From the NCBI GenBank assembly GCA_036172245.1, contig JAYWIR010000004.1, positions 3,038,001 through 3,102,000 of the forward strand: DNA of 64,000 bases, in the 5' to 3' direction. Numbering within the stretch: position 1 is the first letter of the stretch; every line of letters starts with the position of its first letter. Shown in pieces: positions 59,451 through 64,000 of this stretch. Origin of the DNA: Raillietiella orientalis. Lineage: Eukaryota. The translations under genes were made by a program, and so were the position numbers. The notes beneath the pieces were generated by a model. That model ran no database searches, was not told the origin of the DNA, and saw only the letters and a program-made list of their open reading frames with translations.

Positions 59451-61829
59451 GATCATAACGACGTCAGCTGAACGGAGCTCGTAGAGACCCCACTGCGGTG
59501 AATGCGAACGGTTCTGCAGGCCAAGTCCCCAAGGAAACTGAGAAGAGAGACCTCGATCCGGAGAACAGCTGCAACACCACAACTCACATCCACAGGGTTG
59601 AAAACGCACTTCCGTGGTAACAGTAGTAAACAGATGCTTCTCTGGAAACGGACGCTGCTGTGGATCGGCAGACCAGTATCCCGTCAAACGATCTTGCTTC
59701 CTTGACAGCGGGGGACGTGAGGTCGGTGCTGAAAAAGGCTGGAAATTCAGCACCAAGACTATTCCTATTCATTAACATACATTTTATTAACAGTGATATG
59801 AAAACAAATATATACGTATATTGTATATTAACGTACGCACGGTGAGCGTGCGCGTTTCCCTCTCACGATCTTTCGGATCTTTCAGGATTTCGATCGTTCT
59901 GGATTTTGAACGGTTCTCTCCGTGCAGAGAGAGACTCCCGGAACGACTCGTTTCAGCAGACGGACGACGGGAACAGGGGGAAGGCAGGTCAGGTCCTGTC
60001 GCGCACGCACCCCGTGGGCTGCCGCGGGCCCACGACCCTGCTTCCTTGCGGCGGAGTCCGAAGGGTCTTCTCGAGTGCGCTGTCCCGAAGCACGGAGCTG
60101 GCCAGCGGCATGGCGCCAGCGCCGTGCGACCTGATGCGGTCATGCAGCGGAAGGAGCGCAACAGGGAAAATGAGTCGCTCCCACGGTAGGGGAGGGGGGG
60201 GGAAGGAGAGCGCGCGTTCCTGAGCTTCTGGCCGGACCGAGGCGTGCGGAGAGGCATGAAGGTCGGGCGCCGTGTTCCTTCCGGCCCATCACCTCCTTCT
60301 GGCTGCGTCGTCCGCTCAAGTGAATATCCTCCGGACTCCTTCCGATCCTCTACTTCCGCTGAGGGTCTCTCCTCTTCCGCGCCAGTACCGCTCGGTTGTA
60401 GGCTGGCGAGTGAGCTTGAAGGGAGGGAGGGAAGACGACTCCACCGCTCTGGACATCGGTCCCCATGGATGTCGGCGTGGAACGGAGCATGCAGTTCTCT
60501 GGATAATCTCTGTGCTCCAGGGCGAGGTCCTCCTCAGGGGACTCACGGAGTGAGGACCCTTTCCATCGGACTGGAAAGGCTTGTCGCCATCCTTGCCGCA
60601 GAGAGGAAATCGGTGGATCGCGCCGCAAGCCACGAGAGGCGGAAAGATGTTCCCCCCTCCAACCCCCTCTCTTCCCCTTCCAGGGAGACGCGCGCAAGTT
60701 TGCTTCATTTACCGCTTTTCCACCTCCATCGTAAGGCGAAGCGTTCCGCAGGTGGCCTAGCAACGCCCCCACTGACGTCTGAGTCCGGTGGCGGGGATAA
60801 GGAAGCAGCGGATTGCAATAGCTTGAGGGGCGTCCGGGAAAGAACGCAGTGGACCCAGGGAGACCAAGAGGAGAACCGATGCAGACGTCGTTCCCGGGTC
60901 CGAAGTGGGTGTTTCACCGGGACGGCGGCGCGCTTGGGCGCGAAACGGGCGTTTCTCGGCTATGCACCATCGAGCGTCCATCCAGCAGATGACTCCCTAG
61001 TCCAGTCGATGGGGTAGGGGTAAGGAATAAGGTGCAGGGAGGGTCTCGGGAAGGAAGGAGGAGAAGCAGGAGGGAGAGAGGGGAGCATGCCTAGAGGCGG
61101 GGACGGAGGCACCTTCTGGACGAGGGAGGTGGGTGAGGAAGGCCGTGAGCAGCAGGGAGAGATCTTTGAAGCTTAGCTAGCTTCCCCAAACCCCCATCTC
61201 CAGCTTGTCCTTCTAGGAAAGCGCTAAATGGCAACCCCCCAAGGTAAAAGCACCCACCTCCACCATCTTGCAGGTGTCGCCCAGCATCCAATGCATCTGG
61301 GATGTGCCAGGACACCTTCTAGGTACACTGCGACCGATCGGAAACACAGACCTACGTGGTCGAACCTCCGGAAGGGGACCATTCCTTAACATCGCGTGCC
61401 GCAGAAGCTCAAGAGAGCAGACTAAACCCACCAGTGGAGAGTCTCTGTGCTGAACGAAAAGCCGAGGGTCCCAGCCCTCACCTAGACGGGATCTCCTACC
61501 CCTACAACACCCGTTCAGGACCGTTCCTTTGTTACTGGAGGCGAGACTGGGCAGATTGAGTCCGGGTGGCAGATGAGGATGGAAAATGTGGAATCATTTG
61601 GAATCATACCCCCATGATCAGCGCGAGTCGATCGCTTACTTCTCGAGGATGTGTCCGAAGTGGGTTTGGTGTTCGTTGCAATGTACAGTACGGGTATGCA
61701 GCACTTGCCTGCTCATTGTTCATGGATACGAGCTCATGACTTATTGGAGGTCGGTTGACAGGGGGTTTATGGATGAGGGACTTGCCTGGATAGTTTGTTC
61801 TCTGTGCACGTGATTAGGTGATGGCGAAG

Positions 61830-62175
61830 TTATGGGGGGACCCAAGATAAAGATAACTCAGTACGTACCTATGGAGGGTCTTCCTGGAGCGTCAGGAGGA
61901 GGAGGAAGAGGAGATGGGAGCAGCGGACGTCGTGCGGACGGTCCCCTGGGGCGCCTCTTCCCGCTCCCGGGCGCTCAACTGCTGTGGAAGGTGGCCCCCG
62001 AGGAAGTCGAGGTCCTGGTCCAGTAGGGCGATCTAGAGCGCATCGTGATGAGGAGGAGGCTCATCGGCGCCGCGTGGACCTTCGTCCAGCACGATGGGGC
62101 TTCTGCCGCACGTTTTCTTATTTATTGTGACGTATAGATGTGCTTGTAGTCCCCTATACTCCACAATAAATAAGA
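61830..62175 (+). mobile_element. Decayed LINE 3' end (more distant subfamily)
   Basis: LLWKVAPEEVEVLVQ*GDLERIVMRRRLIGAAWTF is typical of an L1/Tx1 ORF2 tail. It is followed by a T-rich UTR and AATAAA at about 62165. Confidence 0.4.
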
Positions 62176-64000
62176 AGGGGAAGAAGCGAGGGTCAGGCAG
62201 CCTAGCATCAATCGGCAGTCAGAGGTCGCCTTCAGGCACAGATTTAGGGAGTCTCACGTCTGGCGTTACCTCCGGATGGTCGAGCAGAGGAGCAATGCAC
62301 GCAGCATATGGACAGCGGGTCGCTAAGCGTCCGGACGAATCCAGGTGCTCTGGACCTTCGGAGACGGCGAACCGAAAAAATCGCAGCCAGAGGGTAGTTC
62401 GTTTCTTTCGAGGGGCCCATGGAATGTAAATTTTTTCTCTTGGCACTCACGCTCCGACGCGAGAGCACCTGGCGTTCTTCCGTCGAGAAGCCCCGCGTTG
62501 GGCAGCGCTGTGCGCCGAGCCCATGCTCCCCGTGCCCGGAGATCCGACCGCCGCTCGACCCGGCCATTTTATGGCGCCGGCAGCACCCTCAGGAAGGGGA
62601 TCGAAGGAGGCGTTCGGCCTGGGTCGAGTCCACGGCGACGTGTCGACTGGGTGAGGAACGCCACCCCCACAACCGGGGGAAGCGGCGACCGGTCAGCCTC
62701 ACTCCATCAAGGAGGAAAACGCAGGGAAAATAGGAGCCGGTGGCTTCCAACCAGCCGTTACCAGGAGACTACATGAGGCTCCTCTCAGGGCTGCCTCTCC
62801 AGAGAATCGAGTCGTCGGTGCTCTCGGCGCTTTTTGCACGCGGATAGGGAAGCTCGGAAACGGGATGACGGGAATCCCGATTCGTCTTCTGCTGTCTACG
62901 TCTTCCCAGCGTTCTATTTTTATTTTATTTTTTTTGGAGGGGGGAAATTCTCTGAGTAGCACCCAGGAACCACTGCTTCCCTCGTAGGGGGCATCGGAGC
63001 CGCACATGGGGAAGGTCGTGCATTCACTTATTGTGGGCGAGGAGGGATGACTCCCTAATTCCTGAAGAGGACCCTGAAGGGTCCACCCCGATTTCCGGCC
63101 AGTCAGCGGAGCATCCGGCTCCTGAGGCGAGTGACGTCTTGCCCGCGTACCGCCCAAGCGCGGGCCGTCCTCGGCGCAATCATGAAGAAACTCGAAACCC
63201 ACGACGCATCCAGAGTCGGCGCCGATCCTTCCTCACGGGTATTCTAACCCACGGCACTCGTTGCCACGCCTTCGTTCCAGGAAGACGACAAAGGAAGGAG
63301 ACCAAATACAGGAAACTGCCTTCCTCCCTTATAGAGGAGCACCGGCTCTGGCGAGAGTATCAGTACGTGTCTGCGCAAACCAGGAACGCTCTTGGCGCCG
63401 CCGCCGACGGCGGTGACTTCTCCACTCGATCCTGGATCGCACGCTGCAGGAGGAAGGGACACCGCGATCAGTTCGTCGTTCAGGGACTTTTCCTTTTCTG
63501 CGTGTCCAGGAGGTCTGGGAAAGCACAAAAGAAAAGCAAAAAAAAAAGAGGAGGAAAAGAAGGTGAGGGAAAGCGGAAGGAATTTATGAGCTCGTATTCC
63601 GGTTCCTGAGATCCTGGAAACCCAAGGGCGACGATGTGCTTAGAGAAACTCGAGGTCACCCGCTAAGAACCAGCGAACCACGGAAAAGAGGATTGCTGAG
63701 CTCCAATGTCTAGCACAGCTAGGGGGAGGGGGGGAGCATTTTCTGGGGACATATCTCGGGTCAACAACCTCCAAACATCTAGCAGTCTCAACAATAGGTG
63801 TAGAATTCCAAAACTCCCTTCCTAAACTCCCATCTAACACCCATGAACACCCGATACGTCGCTATGCCGCTGCAATCGAGGCCACGATTTCTAGAACTAG
63901 AAACGCAAGAAATCGTTCCCAGCCCCCCTCCCCCTCACCCGGGGTCTGACCCTCAGCTACGGATGCCGGCGGCGCTGGGCCGAGAGCAGAAGCAGAGGGC

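Noticed and set aside
63061..63090. CTGAAGA-GGACCC-TGAA-GGGTCC, resembling a hammerhead ribozyme core with stem II
   Set aside because: The required GAAA after stem II is absent (ACCC follows), and no stems I/III were found.
1..64000. Prokaryotic-type systems (CRISPR arrays, operons), tRNA or rRNA genes
   Set aside because: The sequence is spliceosomal-intron-containing animal DNA; I saw no regularly spaced repeats, cloverleaf structures or rRNA motifs.

Overview
Eukaryotic, most likely arthropod, genomic DNA. The left third (1858-23179, minus strand) is a complete laminin alpha chain gene of the alpha3/5 (Drosophila LanA) type. I traced about 57 exons / 56 introns by hand. Almost all introns are 40-105 nt, two use GC-AG splice sites, and at least six are stop-free multiples of three. 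Visually, GC content rises strongly from the 3' end of the gene to its 5' end and upstream region. The right half is largely decayed non-LTR retrotransposon (L1/Tx1-like) debris. It includes four related plus-strand 3' ends sharing a 3'-UTR stem-loop and a small hairpin after the poly(A) signal. It also holds a frameshifted histone H2B pseudogene (about 37172-37548), a spliced FAM227/FWWh-like gene (about 50098-53784, plus strand), a possible small three-exon fragment (47589-47924) and an isolated perfect 27-bp hairpin (31672-31728). I did not find a convincing wholly new biological system. The best leads are the structured LINE 3' ends, the perfect hairpin and the minimal-intron splicing features. 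All family assignments come from motif recognition by eye, not database searches.
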